DNA from: an uncultured Actinomycetes bacterium
Lineage (GTDB): Bacteria; Actinomycetota; Thermoleophilia; Gaiellales; Gaiellaceae
NCBI GenBank assembly: GCA_963792135.1
Contig: CAWBVD010000003.1
Coordinates: 90,707 to 154,706, forward strand
Reading direction: 5' to 3'
Length of the DNA stretch: 64,000 nucleotides
A program made the translations under genes and the position numbers. Below, piece by piece: positions 32,197 to 42,643 of the stretch. The notes under the pieces are model-generated. The model ran no database searches. It was not told the origin of the DNA and worked only from the letters and a program-made list of their open reading frames with translations. Numbering within the stretch: the first letter of the stretch is position 1; each line of letters starts with the position of its first letter.

Positions 32197-33378
32197 TCAG
32201 ATCGGGATCGTGAGGCTCTGTAGGTCGCGCGGATACTCGGTGAGCACGTCGATGCCGTCGGGCGTCACGGCAACCGTGTCCGAGTGGCGGAAGCCGCCGA
32301 TCGTGTCCGAGTAGAGACCAGGCTCGATCGTGAACACCATCCCGGGCTCGACGGGTGTGTGGTCACCGACGTCGAGAAAGGGCGCCTCGTGGTTCCGGAG
32401 GCCGATCCCGTGGCCCGTGTGCTGGCGCCAGTATCCGAGCAGCGCATTGTCCTCGAGGTACTTCATGACCGCCTGGTCGACCTCGGCGCACGTGACACCC
32501 GGCCGCAGCGCGTCCTTGGCGACCTGCTGCACGGCGACCGTGTGGTCGAACAGGCGGCGCATCTCCTCGGTGGGCTCGCCGATGATCATCGCGCGCTCGA
32601 GCTCCGCGTTGTAGCCCCAGATCGGCGCGCTCGTCTCGGTCACGAGCACGTCGCCGGGCTGGAACGCGATGTTGTGCGCCACGGCGTGCGCCCATGAGCT
32701 GCGCAACCCGATCTGGCCGCGGTACCCCGCCGAGACGCCGTCGGACGATCCCATCTGGCCGATGTCGTCGCCGAGCGCCTGGAACAGCTCGAGCGTCGCC
32801 TCGTGCCCGGCCCGGAGGCTCGCCTCGGCCTCGGTGGCGCCGACCCGCGAGTACTCCTGCAGGAGCCGGTGGGCGCGCGCACACCAGCGGCCGCTCTCGC
32901 GGATCAGCTCGAGCTCGGCTGCGCTCTTTCGAGCCATCATGCTCTCGATCACGCCCGAGAGCGGCTCGACCCTGGCGGAAGTCACCTCGCTCAGCGAGGG
33001 CCCCTGGTAGCCGAGGATGCCAGGGTAGCCGTCGCCGTCGGCCCCGATCGCGCCCCGGAGCCCGAGGTCGGCGAGCACCCGGGCGAAGATCAACATCGGG
33101 TGCTCGATCCCCGGGTACTCGGGGTAGGACTCGACCCGCTCGAACGAGGTCTCGGCGCGCGTCCGCTCGACCTCGAACTCGGGCACGAACACGACGTCCT
33201 CGCCGCTCGCGCTCTGGGCGAAGACGACGGGCCGCTCGTTCGAGAGGAAGACGAAGCTCGTGAAGTAGCGGATGTAGTCCTGTCCGAAGAGGACGTACCC
33301 GCTCAGGCCTTCGCTCCGGACGTGCTCGCGCAGCCGGGCACGCCGTTCCTCCAGCTCCGTCTGCGGGATCCCGGTCAC
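32197..33378 (-). CDS. M24 family Xaa-Pro peptidase
   Basis: GTG 33378 overlaps the xylB stop (GTGA). Motifs HGTGHGIGL-like HTGHGIGLRNHE, EPGLY and a pita-bread C-terminus. The upstream part of the 802-aa ORF belongs to another gene read in the wrong frame. Confidence 0.85.
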   Translation of the reverse strand: MTGIPQTELEERRARLREHVRSEGLSGYVLFGQDYIRYFTSFVFLSNERPVVFAQSASGEDVVFVPEFEVERTRAETSFERVESYPEYPGIEHPMLIFARVLADLGLRGAIGADGDGYPGILGYQGPSLSEVTSARVEPLSGVIESMMARKSAAELELIRESGRWCARAHRLLQEYSRVGATEAEASLRAGHEATLELFQALGDDIGQMGSSDGVSAGYRGQIGLRSSWAHAVAHNIAFQPGDVLVTETSAPIWGYNAELERAMIIGEPTEEMRRLFDHTVAVQQVAKDALRPGVTCAEVDQAVMKYLEDNALLGYWRQHTGHGIGLRNHEAPFLDVGDHTPVEPGMVFTIEPGLYSDTIGGFRHSDTVAVTPDGIDVLTEYPRDLQSLTIPI

Positions 33379-34757
33379 GGCCGTGACGCTAGCCGCGGAT
33401 AGAGCTCGACGAAGCGCCTGTACCCCTCCGCGTACGGGCCGACCCAGCCGGGCTCCGGTTCGATGCGGTCCCGGACGCGGATGCAGCGCGCGACCGCCTC
33501 GCCCGCGTCGGCGAACACGCCCTCGCGCACTCCCGCGAGCAGCGCGGCACCGAAGGCTGCGCCTGCCTCCGACTCCATCCGCTCGAGCGGCAGGCCGAGC
33601 ACCGAGGCGACGATCCGCACCCAGATGTCGCTGCGCGCACCGCCGCCCGACACCCGGCCGACGGTCGGCTGAACGCCGAGCGCACGCAGCAGCTCCAGCG
33701 AGTCCCGCAGGCCGTATGCGACGCCCTCGAGTACCGCACGCGTGAGCGCGCCGCGGTCGTGACGCAGTGAGAGCCCGGTGAACGCCCCGCGGACATCGGG
33801 GTCCGCATGCGGGGTGCGCTCGCCCTGCACGTACGGCGCGAAGAGCAGGCCCTCGGCGCCTGGCTCCCAGCGGGCCGCCTCCGCGTCGAGCTCCGGGTAG
33901 CCGGCGCCGACCACATGGCGAAACCACGAGAGCGACCCGGCCGCGGACAGCATCACGCCCATCGCGTGCCAGGTGCCCGGCACCGCGTGGCAGAACACGT
34001 GGACACGCGCCTCGGCGTCCGGCGCATAGCCTGGAAGCACGGCGAACACGACACCGGACGTCCCGAGCACGACCGACACGGGCCCGGGATCGACGATGCC
34101 GACGCCGAGCGCGCCGGCCGCCTGGTCGCCCGCGCCCGCGATCTCGGTCGACTCGAAGACCGGCGGAAGCCACTCGAGCGGCACATCGAGCGCCGCGCAG
34201 ACCTCGTCCGACCAGCGTCGCCCGCCGACGTCGAAGAGCAGCGTCCCGGAGGCATCGGCGACGTCGATCGCGTGCACGCCTGTCAGCCGGAGGCGGACGT
34301 AGTCCTTCGGGAGCAGGATCCGACGGATCCGGCCATACGTCTCGGGCTCGTTGCGGGCGAGCCACAGCAGCTTTGGCGCCGTGAAGCCCGTCAGCGCCCG
34401 GTTGCCGGTCAGCTCGATCAGGCGCCCGAGGCCGATCCGCGCCTCGATCTCGGCGCACTCCGCACCGGTGCGCTGGTCGTTCCAGAGGATCGCGGGCCGC
34501 AGCACCCGGTCGCCGTCGCCGAGGGCGACGAGCCCGTGCATCTGGCCGCTGAAGCCGACGGGCCCCTCCGGGAGCCGTGCGAGCACGGCCTGCGAGGCGC
34601 GCCACCAGTCCTCGGGGTCCTGCTCGGCCCAGCCCGGCTGCGGCGTCGAGAGCTCGTAGTCCTCCTCGGCGGTCGCGACGAGCTCGCCCTCCGCCGACAG
34701 CGCGACGCCCTTGACACCGCTCGTGCCGACGTCGAGCCCGACGACGACGTCAGGCAT
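33375..34757 (-). CDS. xylB: Xylulokinase (FGGY family)
   Basis: Intact 460-aa ORF. GLDVGTSGVKG, GFSGQMHGLV, AILWNDQRT, PYVQGERTPHADPDVRGAFTGL, GGGARS. Confidence 0.8.
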   Translation of the reverse strand: MPDVVVGLDVGTSGVKGVALSAEGELVATAEEDYELSTPQPGWAEQDPEDWWRASQAVLARLPEGPVGFSGQMHGLVALGDGDRVLRPAILWNDQRTGAECAEIEARIGLGRLIELTGNRALTGFTAPKLLWLARNEPETYGRIRRILLPKDYVRLRLTGVHAIDVADASGTLLFDVGGRRWSDEVCAALDVPLEWLPPVFESTEIAGAGDQAAGALGVGIVDPGPVSVVLGTSGVVFAVLPGYAPDAEARVHVFCHAVPGTWHAMGVMLSAAGSLSWFRHVVGAGYPELDAEAARWEPGAEGLLFAPYVQGERTPHADPDVRGAFTGLSLRHDRGALTRAVLEGVAYGLRDSLELLRALGVQPTVGRVSGGGARSDIWVRIVASVLGLPLERMESEAGAAFGAALLAGVREGVFADAGEAVARCIRVRDRIEPEPGWVGPYAEGYRRFVELYPRLASRP

Positions 34758-35106
34758 CGATGCGTGCGAGCTCGATCAGGTTGCCGAACGGGTCGCGGCA
34801 CATGAAGCGCGGCCGCCCGACGAGCTCGGTCGGATCGAGTGTCTCGACGCCCGCCGCCTCGATCCGCGCCCGCAGCTCCTCGAGCTCGTCGTGGACGAGG
34901 CAGAAGTGCGGCCTGTCGGGCGGCGCCTCCTCGGTGAGCTGGAGATGGAGCTCGCAGTCGCCGCCGGCGCCGTACCAGATGAACCGCGCCGGGTCGAGCT
35001 TCGGGAGCACGGCCTTCTCCTCGAGGCCGAGCAGGCCGCCGTAGAACGCCCGCGCGCGCTCGGCTCCGTCGAGCGGGATCGCGACCGTGACGTGCTGCAG
35101 CCGCAT
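34750..35106 (-). CDS. VOC/glyoxalase family protein
   Basis: 118 aa. MRLQHVTVAIP..FYGGLLGLEE..HFCL..DPFGNLIEL is a typical VOC pattern. Confidence 0.75.
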   Translation of the reverse strand: MRLQHVTVAIPLDGAERARAFYGGLLGLEEKAVLPKLDPARFIWYGAGGDCELHLQLTEEAPPDRPHFCLVHDELEELRARIEAAGVETLDPTELVGRPRFMCRDPFGNLIELARIDA

Positions 35107-35432
35107 CAGGCCCCGAGCGCGGCGTACACCAGCTCGTACGCGCGCACGGCGTCCATCGCCGCCTGCGCCTCGCGGAGTGCCGCCTCGTCGATCCGCGAGG
35201 CGACCCCGTCGATGTCGTGCCCGCCGAGCGCGTCGCGGACGGCATCGAGATTCTCGGCGGAGAGCTCCTGCGGGTAGTGGAACTCGTAGCCGTCCATGAG
35301 GTCGCCAAGGCCCTCGACGGCCCGCCGGACCTTGTCCGCCGTGGGCTCGCTCGCGAACTCCGGCTTGTAGCCGACGGGCATGAAGCGCGTGACCATCGAC
35401 CCCAGTGCCCAGATGCCCAAACTGGTTTTCAT
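35106..35432 (-). CDS. 108-aa ORF resembling only the two ends of a sugar-phosphate isomerase/epimerase (TIM-barrel); probable deletion remnant
   Basis: ATG 35432 overlaps the upstream stop (ATGA). MKTSLGIWALGSMVTRF..YEFHYPQELSAENLDAVRDALGGHDI joins directly to ..IDEAALREAQAAMDAVRAYELVYAALGA. It is too short for a barrel. Confidence 0.4.
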   Translation of the reverse strand: MKTSLGIWALGSMVTRFMPVGYKPEFASEPTADKVRRAVEGLGDLMDGYEFHYPQELSAENLDAVRDALGGHDIDGVASRIDEAALREAQAAMDAVRAYELVYAALGA

Positions 35433-36494
35433 CGGTATTCGATCCTCTCTTTCTTCCCGCTCTCCGAGGAGCGCAGGATCGCGTCGCAGACCTCGGCGGC
35501 GCGGTAGCCGTCCTCGAACGTCGCGCAGTACGGCTCGACCGGCGTCTCGCCGGCGAGCGCGGCGAACACGCGCGCGTACTCGAGCGTGAACGTGTCGCCC
35601 CAGCCGATCAGGTGGCCCGGCGGCCACCAGTCACCGCTGAGGCGCTCGGTGCGGAACGGGCCGCCGTCGGACACGAGCAGCTCGTCGAAGTGCTGCAGGT
35701 CGTAGGCGATCGAGCCGGCGGAGCCGTTGATCTCGAAGGTCGGTTGGTTGATGCGACCCCGTGCGAGCCGCGAGGCCTCGAGCGTGCCGATCGCGCCTCC
35801 CGCGAGCTCGATCGAGGCCGTGAACGCGTCGTCGACCTCGTGGCCGGGCACGTAGGTGCGCACCGATGCGGAGACGGTCTCGATCTCGCCGGCGAGGAAG
35901 CGCGCCAGGTCGATGATGTGTGCGCCCAGGTCGCCGATCGCCCCGGTCGCCGCCTGTGCGCGGTCGAAGCGCCAGATGCTCGTGTCGGCGTCCCAGCCCC
36001 ACGACTGCAGGTAGCGGGCGCGGAAGTGGACGATGTCGCCGACCGCGCCCGCCTCGAGCAGCTCGCGCGCCCGGCGGATCGCGGGCACGAAGCGGTAGTT
36101 GAAGCCGCAGGCGTGCGCCCGACCCGAGCTCTTCGCGGCCTGCCACATCCGGTACGACTCGTCCGCGCTCAGGCCGAGCGGCTTCTCGCAGAGCACGTGC
36201 TTGCCGGCCTCGAGCGCAGCGATCGACGGCTCGGCGTGGAGCGCGTTCGGGCCGCCGTTGACGTACAGCTGGATGCGGTCGTCGGCGACCTGCTCGCGCC
36301 AGTCGGTGACGGCATCGGCCCAGCCGAAGCGGCGCGCGACCGCCTCGAGCTCCTCGCGGTTGCGACCGGAGATCGAGACGAGCTCGGGCAGGAGCGGCGG
36401 GTCGAGCTCGCGTCAGCGCGCGGAGCGCGCGCGAGTGCGCCTTGCCCATGAAGGCGTAGCCCAGCATGCCGACACCGATCTGCACGGGCGGCAT
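35429..36494 (-). CDS. Gfo/Idh/MocA family oxidoreductase, one +1 break near 36410
   Basis: N-terminus MPPVQIGVGMLGYAFMGKAHSRALRAL (ORF 35631..36494), then ..HVLCEKPLGLSADE.. in ORF 35429..36196. Confidence 0.8.
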
Positions 36495-36495
36495 G

Positions 36496-36894
36496 TTACG
36501 TGGGAGACAACGAGAGCCCCGCTGCCTCGATCGCCGCGGCCGCGAGCGCCCCGTCGTCTTTCCCCGACAGCCCGCTCACGCCCACGGCACCCACCTTGCG
36601 CCCGCCGTCGAACGCCCCGACGCCCCCGAGGAAGAACGTGAAGAACGGGTCGAAGCTCGCCCGCTCGACCGGGTTGTCCCGCACCTTCTCGGCGAGCTGC
36701 TCCGTGGTGGTGGCGTCGCTGCGGGCCGCGGTGTAGGCCTTGCGCTGTGCGTTCAGGCGGGTGTCCGGCGCCGCGCCGTCCATCGTCGCGGCCGCGACGA
36801 CCTCGCCGTGGTCGTCGGCGACGAACACCGAGATCGGGCCCGACGCGGCCGAGATCACGTGGTCGACGATCGTGCGTGCCTGCGCGAGCTGCAT
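36496..36894 (-). CDS. GlcG/HbpS-like (DUF336) protein
   Basis: In-frame ATG at 36894. ..VFVADDHGEVVAAATMDGAAPDTRLNAQRKAYTAAR..GGVGAFDGGRKVGAVGVSG. Confidence 0.75.
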   Translation of the reverse strand: MQLAQARTIVDHVISAASGPISVFVADDHGEVVAAATMDGAAPDTRLNAQRKAYTAARSDATTTEQLAEKVRDNPVERASFDPFFTFFLGGVGAFDGGRKVGAVGVSGLSGKDDGALAAAAIEAAGLSLSPT

Positions 36895-36954
36895 CGGGCT
36901 GCATTCTGGCGAAAACCCGTGCTCAGCACGCCGGTTGGGCGTTACGATGCTCTG

Positions 36955-39936
36955 GTGACAGGCGAGCGTCCAGCGTCCTCGCGCTCGCTTCGCATCGCCG
37001 GCCGGTCGTACCCGGTTCTGTTGCCGTCGCCCAGGGACCCGCGGCTCCACGTCTCGGCGACGTTCCTCGTGCTGTACCTGCTGGGGATGACCCAGTTCCA
37101 CTTCCGGCTCTCGATCCCCCAGATCGTGATCTCGATCCTGACCTGCGCGGTGATCGAGCTCGTCGTCACGTTCCGGCAGAAGCGGATGATCATCTGGCCG
37201 GCGAGCGCGATGCTGACCGGCAACGGGATCGCGTTCATCATGCGGATCCCGGGTACGCAGCACGGCGAATGGTGGTCGTTCCGCGGCGTCTGGATCTACG
37301 CCGTGACGGGCGCCGTCGCGATGGCGTCGAAGTACCTCGTCAGTTCCGGGGCAGGCACGTCTTCAACCCGTCGAACTTCGCGCTCGTGCTCACGTTCGTG
37401 ATCCTGGGCTCGACCCGGGTGGAGCCGCTCCAGTTCTGGTGGGGCCCCATGTCGCCGGCGCTCGTGATCGTGCTGCTCGTCATCGTGGCAGGCGCACTCG
37501 TAGTCCTCACGCGGGTCGGCATGCTCGCCGTCGCGGTGATCTTCTGGTTCACGTTCGCCGCGGCGCTCGGGATCCTGGCGCTGAGCGGTCACGCGTTCAC
37601 CGCGAACTGGCACCTCGGTCCGGTGGCGAACTACTACTTCTGGAAGGTGCTCGTGCTCTCGCCCGAGGTGTTCATCTTCCTCGCGTTCATGATCACCGAC
37701 CCGCGGACGGCGCCGGAGACCGCGCGCGGGCGCCGGATCTACTCGATCGCGATCGGTCTCCTCGGGGCGCTGCTGATCGCGCCGATGGCGAGCGAGTACT
37801 GGGCGAAGGTGGCGCTGCTCGCGTCGCTGACGATCATCTGCGCCGCGCGGCCGGTGATCCTCCTGAGCCGAGAGGCCATCGCGAGGCGCGAGCGGGCCGG
37901 CCACGGGCGCCGGCGCCGGTCGGAGCTCGGCCTCATCGCCGCGCTCGGCACCGCGGCGTTCGCCGCGCTCCTCGTCGCGGCCGGCACGCCGGCGCGATCG
38001 GTTGCCGGCCTCTCCGGCGGCATGCTCGCGACCAGCGTCCCGGTCACGATCCAGCACACCCCCAACGTCGTCTCGATCCCCCCGCAGCTGGGGCGCCAGA
38101 TCGCCGGCGTTGCGGTCTCGGCGCTCGAGGCGAAGGTCTCCGGACTACCGGGTGGCGGCCGTCGACCTGCGTCTCCTCCAGGCGGTCGACCAGGCGCCGC
38201 CGACGGTGGTGGCGACGTTGACCGGCGAGGTCACGCAGGGCGGCGCGACGAGGCCGTTCAAGCGCGTTCTCGATCTGGCGCTCACGCACGGCCGCTTCGT
38301 GATCGTCGGCCAGGGCGGCGCCGCGTTGCAGCCGGTCGCACGCGGGTCGGAGCCAACGTACGCGAGCCAGCCGAAGGGCGTCGGCGCGTTCCGGAAGCTC
38401 CGCCTGGTGAACGTCGCGCCCAAGCTCGGGCTCGACTTCCGGCAGGGGGCGTTCCGCTACTCGATGGCCTACGACCAGCAGGCGATGATGGGCGGCGGCG
38501 TTTGCTGGCTCGACTACAACAACGACGGCTGGCTCGATCTGTTCGCCGTGAACTCGTACGCCGACGTCGACATGCCCGAGTGGGCGAGCCACGGCGGCCT
38601 GCCGCCGAGCGCGCTCTTTCAGAACGTGCATGGCAGGTTCGTCGATGTCAGCAAGGCCTCTCATGCCGGCATCAGGGTGAAGGGCACGGGCTGTGCCGCC
38701 GCCGACCTGAACGGCGACGGCCACACGGACCTGGTGGTGACGACGGCGACCGGCGTCGAGGTGCTCTGGAACAACGGCAACGGCACCTTCACCGCGCGGG
38801 CGCTCGCCGCGCCGTACGGCTGGTACGCCGGGGCCGCCGTGGCGGACGTGAACGGCGACGGCCGTCCGGATGTCTTCGTCGCGGGGTACACGAACATGGC
38901 GGGCGCGATCCCTGGCTCGATCGCCGGCTTCCCGACCAACCACGAGGGCGTCCGTGACCTCCTCTACCTCAACGAGGGCGGCAAGCGCTTCAAGGAGGTC
39001 GGCGTTGCGGCCGGGCTCGAGTCGTCGCACTTCCGGCACGGTCTCGGCGCGCTCTTCACGGACGTGAACGGAGACGGCCGGCCTGACCTCTACGTCGCGA
39101 ACGACGAGGATCCGAACGACCTGTACGTCAACGAGCCCGGCGGGCCGCTCGGCTTCCACTTCGTCGACGAGGCGAAGGCCTACGGCGTCGACGACAAGAA
39201 CGCCGGCATGGGAGTCGCCGAGGGCGACTTCAACGGGGACGGCCGCCCCGACCTGTTCGTCACGAACTCCCGCGGGCAGCCGCACGCCGCCTACCAGAGC
39301 GAGATCCTGAAGAACGGCGAGACCGCCTACCTGCCCGTCACAGCCAGGTTCGCGAAGGCGCTCGACCGCAAGTGGACTGTCGGGTGGGGCGACGCGTTCG
39401 TCGACCTCGGCAACACCGGCGACCCCGACCTGATCCTCGCCAACGGCGCGATCCCGGTCACGAGCCTGAAGCAGGACACCGAGCCGCTCCAGGTGCTCCA
39501 GGGCCTCGGCGAGGGCAGGTTCACGAACGCGAGCGGAATCGTCGATCCGAACGGCATGCCGAAGATCATCGGCCGGGGCCTCGCCGTCGCCGATTACGCG
39601 AACGACGGGCGCATGGCGGTTGCGATCAACACGATCGGCGGGCCGCTCGTCCTGCTGCAGGACACCGGGCCGGTCGGTCACTGGCTCGAGGTGTCGCTGA
39701 AGGGCTTCCAGGCAGGGGCCGTGCTCACCGCCACGCTTCCGGACGGACGCAAGCTCGTGCAGGAGCTGCACGACGGCAGCAGCTATCTCTCGTCCGCCGA
39801 TCCGCGAGCGCACTTCGGGCTCGGGAGCGAGACGAAGGTCGGCAAGCTCACGATCCGATGGCCCGACGGGCGCGTTTCGCAGCTCGCGAACCTGGCGGCC
39901 GACAGGATCGTCACGGTCACGCCGCCCGACCGCTGA
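36955..39936 (+). CDS. Fusion protein: RnfD/NqrB-like (UnbU-type) polytopic membrane domain + linker + FG-GAP/VCBS repeats + ASPIC/UnbV C-terminal domain; 2 frame breaks (near 37345 and 38142)
   Basis: GTG 36955. Membrane part ..GNGIAFIMR..HVFNPSNFALV..FMITDPRT.. Then repeated NGDGxxDL/VNGDGRPD FG-GAP motifs, and HWLEVSLKG..DGSSYLSSADPRAHFGLG..IRWPDG (UnbV/ASPIC). The junction ..ALEAKVS|DYRVAAVD.. has no stop in either frame. Confidence 0.7.
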
Positions 39937-39950
39937 GGGCTCTGAGGGCT
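39933..39950. repeat. 9-bp tandem duplication CTGAGGGCT x2 giving two in-frame TGA stops
   Basis: Read directly at the end of the UnbU/UnbV gene: TGA at 39934 and again at 39943. Confidence 0.9.
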
Positions 39951-40051
39951 CACAGGCCGTGCTACGGTGTCCGCGTCTTTGAGCGAGTGCGGTTGCGCGT
40001 CGTGTGCTTCCTCTACCCGTTCCTGAGTTAGGTGGAGGAGGTGTTTTCTCT

Positions 40052-40255
40052 ATGGCAACCGGCACCGTGAAGTGGTTCAACGACGCGAAGGGGTTCGGAT
40101 TCATTACCCCGGCTGACGGATCGAAGGACGTTTTCGTTCACTTCAGCGCCGTCAGCGGCGAGGGCTTCAAGTCCCTTTCCGAAGGCGCGAACGTCGAGTT
40201 CGAGACCGAGGACGGCCCGAAGGGCCCGCAGGCGAGAGACGTACGAGTCGTCTAG
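40052..40255 (+). CDS. cspA: Cold-shock protein (CspA family)
   Basis: [27 protein letters not shown]: RNP1/RNP2 motifs. GGAGGAGG RBS at about 40035-40042. Confidence 0.95.
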   Translation: MATGTVKWFNDAKGFGFITPADGSKDVFVHFSAVSGEGFKSLSEGANVEFETEDGPKGPQARDVRVV

Positions 40256-40271
40256 ATCGACCCACGATCCA

Positions 40272-40304
40272 CCGGGCGCGCACGACCATGCTCTGCGCGC
40301 CCGG
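40272..40304 (+). terminator. Perfect 11-bp stem-loop after csp (CCGGGCGCGCA-11 nt-TGCGCGCCCGG)
   Basis: Read directly. Anchored by the csp stop at 40253-40255 and the infA GTG at 40323. No U-tract. Confidence 0.55.
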
Positions 40305-40322
40305 CTCAACCTGGAAGGGCGT

Positions 40323-40583
40323 GTGGCTGAGAAGGAAGAAAAGATCGAGGTGACCGGCGAGGTGGTCGAGGCCCTCCGCAGCGGCATGTACCGCGTGGTT
40401 CTCGACAACGGCGCGCACGAGGTGCTCGCCTATACCGCCGGGAAAATGCGGAAGTTCCGGATTCGGATCGTCGTCGGCGACCAGGTCAAGGTCGAGCTCT
40501 CGCCCTACGACCTCACCCGTGGCCGCATCGTCTTTCGAAACCGAGCCGGCCAACCACAGCCGGCCTCTGAGCCGCATGCCTAG
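40323..40583 (+). CDS. infA: Translation initiation factor IF-1 with a roughly 14-aa C-terminal extension
   Basis: GTG start. ..[65 protein letters not shown], then [14 protein letters not shown]. Confidence 0.9.
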   Translation: MAEKEEKIEVTGEVVEALRSGMYRVVLDNGAHEVLAYTAGKMRKFRIRIVVGDQVKVELSPYDLTRGRIVFRNRAGQPQPASEPHA

Positions 40584-41833
40584 CGGCCCGAGCGGACCTG
40601 GAGCCGCCGCGCGACGGTGTCCAGCGTCACCGCGGCCAGGAGGATGAGCCCCGTCACGATGTAGATCGTGCCGTTCGTGTACCCGGCCGTGTTGAGCCCG
40701 TTGGACACGGTCGCGATCACCAGCGATCCGAGAAGCGCGCCGCGCACCTCGCCGCGGCCGCCGAAGAGGCTGACGCCGCCGATGACGGCCGCCGCGATCG
40801 CGTTCAGGAGCAGCGTCCCGGGCGGGAACGTCAGCGCGACGGAGTTCACGTAGGCCGCGAGCATGATGCCCCCGATCGCTGCGGTCGAGCTCGAGATCAC
40901 GAAGACGAGCACCCGGATGCGCGCGACGTTGATGCCCGCGCGCCGCGCTGCCTCGGCATTGCCGCCGACCGCATAGACATGCCGCCCGAAGGTCGTCCGC
41001 CTCGCGAGGAAGGTCAGCAGGATCAGGAAGATCACCATGATCACACCGGCGAGCGGCAGCCCGAGGTGGTGCTCCTGGACGACGCCGTGATTGCAGATCG
41101 CGACCACGCCGAAGGCGGCGATCGCCACGCCGGCCAGCTTCAGCGCGATCTTCCACCACTGCTTCGCGGCGGCCTGCCTCCCGTGCGCAGCTTCGTAAGC
41201 CGAGGAGCACAGCCAAGCGCGTAGAGAGCCTGTGACGATCGCGGCAATCAGCCACCCGGCAGTCTGCGAGAAGTAGTAGTTCGCGGTGTAGTTGATCCAG
41301 CGGTCCTGGATGATGATCGAGCCCGGGACCTCGAGCCGCCCGAGGATCACGCCCTGCCAGATCAGGTAGCCCGCGAGCGTGACGACGAAGGACGGGACGC
41401 CGACGAACGCGACGATCGAGCCCTGCCCGGCGCCGATCACCGCACAGACGAGGACGGCGAGGACGATCGCGATCAGGCCGTTCAGCTGGTGCCCGCTCCC
41501 CGGTAACTGGAGCTCCGCCACCACGAGCGCACCGATGCCCGCGACATAGCCGATCGAGAGGTCGATCTCCCCCAGCAGCAGCACGAAGACGACGCCGTAG
41601 GCCAGCATCGTCGTGCCTGCCATCTGGATGATGATGTTGCCGAAGTTGACCGCGGTGAAGAAGTTCGTCGCCTTGAACCCGAAGAAGATGACGATCGCGA
41701 TCTCTCCGACGATGATCGGGAAGACGCCGAGGTTGCCCGACCGGAGATTGGTGGTGACGCGCTTGACGACGCCCGGGCTCTCCTCTGGAGCCTCCGGCGC
41801 AGCTGGGCGGTCGACTGCTTCGGCGGTGGTCAC
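40580..41833 (-). CDS. Sugar ABC transporter permease (XylH/ribose-type)
   Basis: GTG 41833 overlaps the ATPase stop (GTGA). About 10-12 TM spans. ..[20 protein letters not shown].. conserved loop. Confidence 0.85.
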   Translation of the reverse strand: MTTAEAVDRPAAPEAPEESPGVVKRVTTNLRSGNLGVFPIIVGEIAIVIFFGFKATNFFTAVNFGNIIIQMAGTTMLAYGVVFVLLLGEIDLSIGYVAGIGALVVAELQLPGSGHQLNGLIAIVLAVLVCAVIGAGQGSIVAFVGVPSFVVTLAGYLIWQGVILGRLEVPGSIIIQDRWINYTANYYFSQTAGWLIAAIVTGSLRAWLCSSAYEAAHGRQAAAKQWWKIALKLAGVAIAAFGVVAICNHGVVQEHHLGLPLAGVIMVIFLILLTFLARRTTFGRHVYAVGGNAEAARRAGINVARIRVLVFVISSSTAAIGGIMLAAYVNSVALTFPPGTLLLNAIAAAVIGGVSLFGGRGEVRGALLGSLVIATVSNGLNTAGYTNGTIYIVTGLILLAAVTLDTVARRLQVRSGR

Positions 41834-42612
41834 TCCGTGGCTCCTGCCGTCGCCGGGATCCCGGCGACCTTCGTCGGGACGCCTGCAGTGATCGCGGCGA
41901 CGACCTCCTGCTGGGTCGTCTTCTCCCGCTCGAACACGCCGACGTTCCGTCCGAGCCGGAGGACGGTGATCCTGTTCGCCGTCTCGAAGACGTCGTGGAG
42001 GTTGTGGGAGATGATCACCACTCCGAGCCCCTGCTCGCCGAGGCGCCGCACGAGCGCGAGCACCTGCTCGGTCTGCGCGACGCCGAGGGCCGCCGTGGGC
42101 TCGTCGAGGATCACGAGCTTGGAGTTCCACTGCACCGCCTTCGCGACCGCGATCGACTGCCGCTGCCCGCCGGAGAGCGTCGCCACCGGCTGGCGGATCG
42201 ACCCGATCGTCGTGACGGCCAGCGACTTCAGCGTCGAGGCCGTGTGCTCCTCCATGGTGGGCTCGTTGAGGACCTGCCAGTGATTGGCCTCGCGGCCGAG
42301 GTACATGTTCTGGACGACGTCGAGGTTGTCGCAGAGAGCGAGATCCTGGTACACGACCTCGATCCCGAGCCGCCCCGCGTCCTTCGGTCCGTGGATGTGG
42401 ACCTCTTCGCCGGCGAAGAAGATCTCGCCGCTGTCGGCGGTGTGGGTGCCGGCCACGCACTTGACCAGCGTGGACTTGCCCGCGCCGTTGTCGCCGACGA
42501 GCGCCATCACCTCGCCGCGCTTCACCTCGAAGTCGACGTCGGTGAGCGCCTGCACCGAGCCGAACGACTTCGTGATGTCGCGGAGCTGGAGCAGTGGTGT
42601 GTCGTCGGTCAT
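41830..42612 (-). CDS. Sugar ABC transporter ATP-binding protein (single NBD)
   Basis: ATG 42612 (MTDDTPLLQL..). Walker A GDNGAGKST, signature LSGGQRQ, Walker B LVILDEP. TTG 42639 is a less likely start. Confidence 0.85.
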   Translation of the reverse strand: MTDDTPLLQLRDITKSFGSVQALTDVDFEVKRGEVMALVGDNGAGKSTLVKCVAGTHTADSGEIFFAGEEVHIHGPKDAGRLGIEVVYQDLALCDNLDVVQNMYLGREANHWQVLNEPTMEEHTASTLKSLAVTTIGSIRQPVATLSGGQRQSIAVAKAVQWNSKLVILDEPTAALGVAQTEQVLALVRRLGEQGLGVVIISHNLHDVFETANRITVLRLGRNVGVFEREKTTQQEVVAAITAGVPTKVAGIPATAGATE

Positions 42613-42643
42613 GTCGGGGCGATAGTAAAGCGAAAGCAACGAC

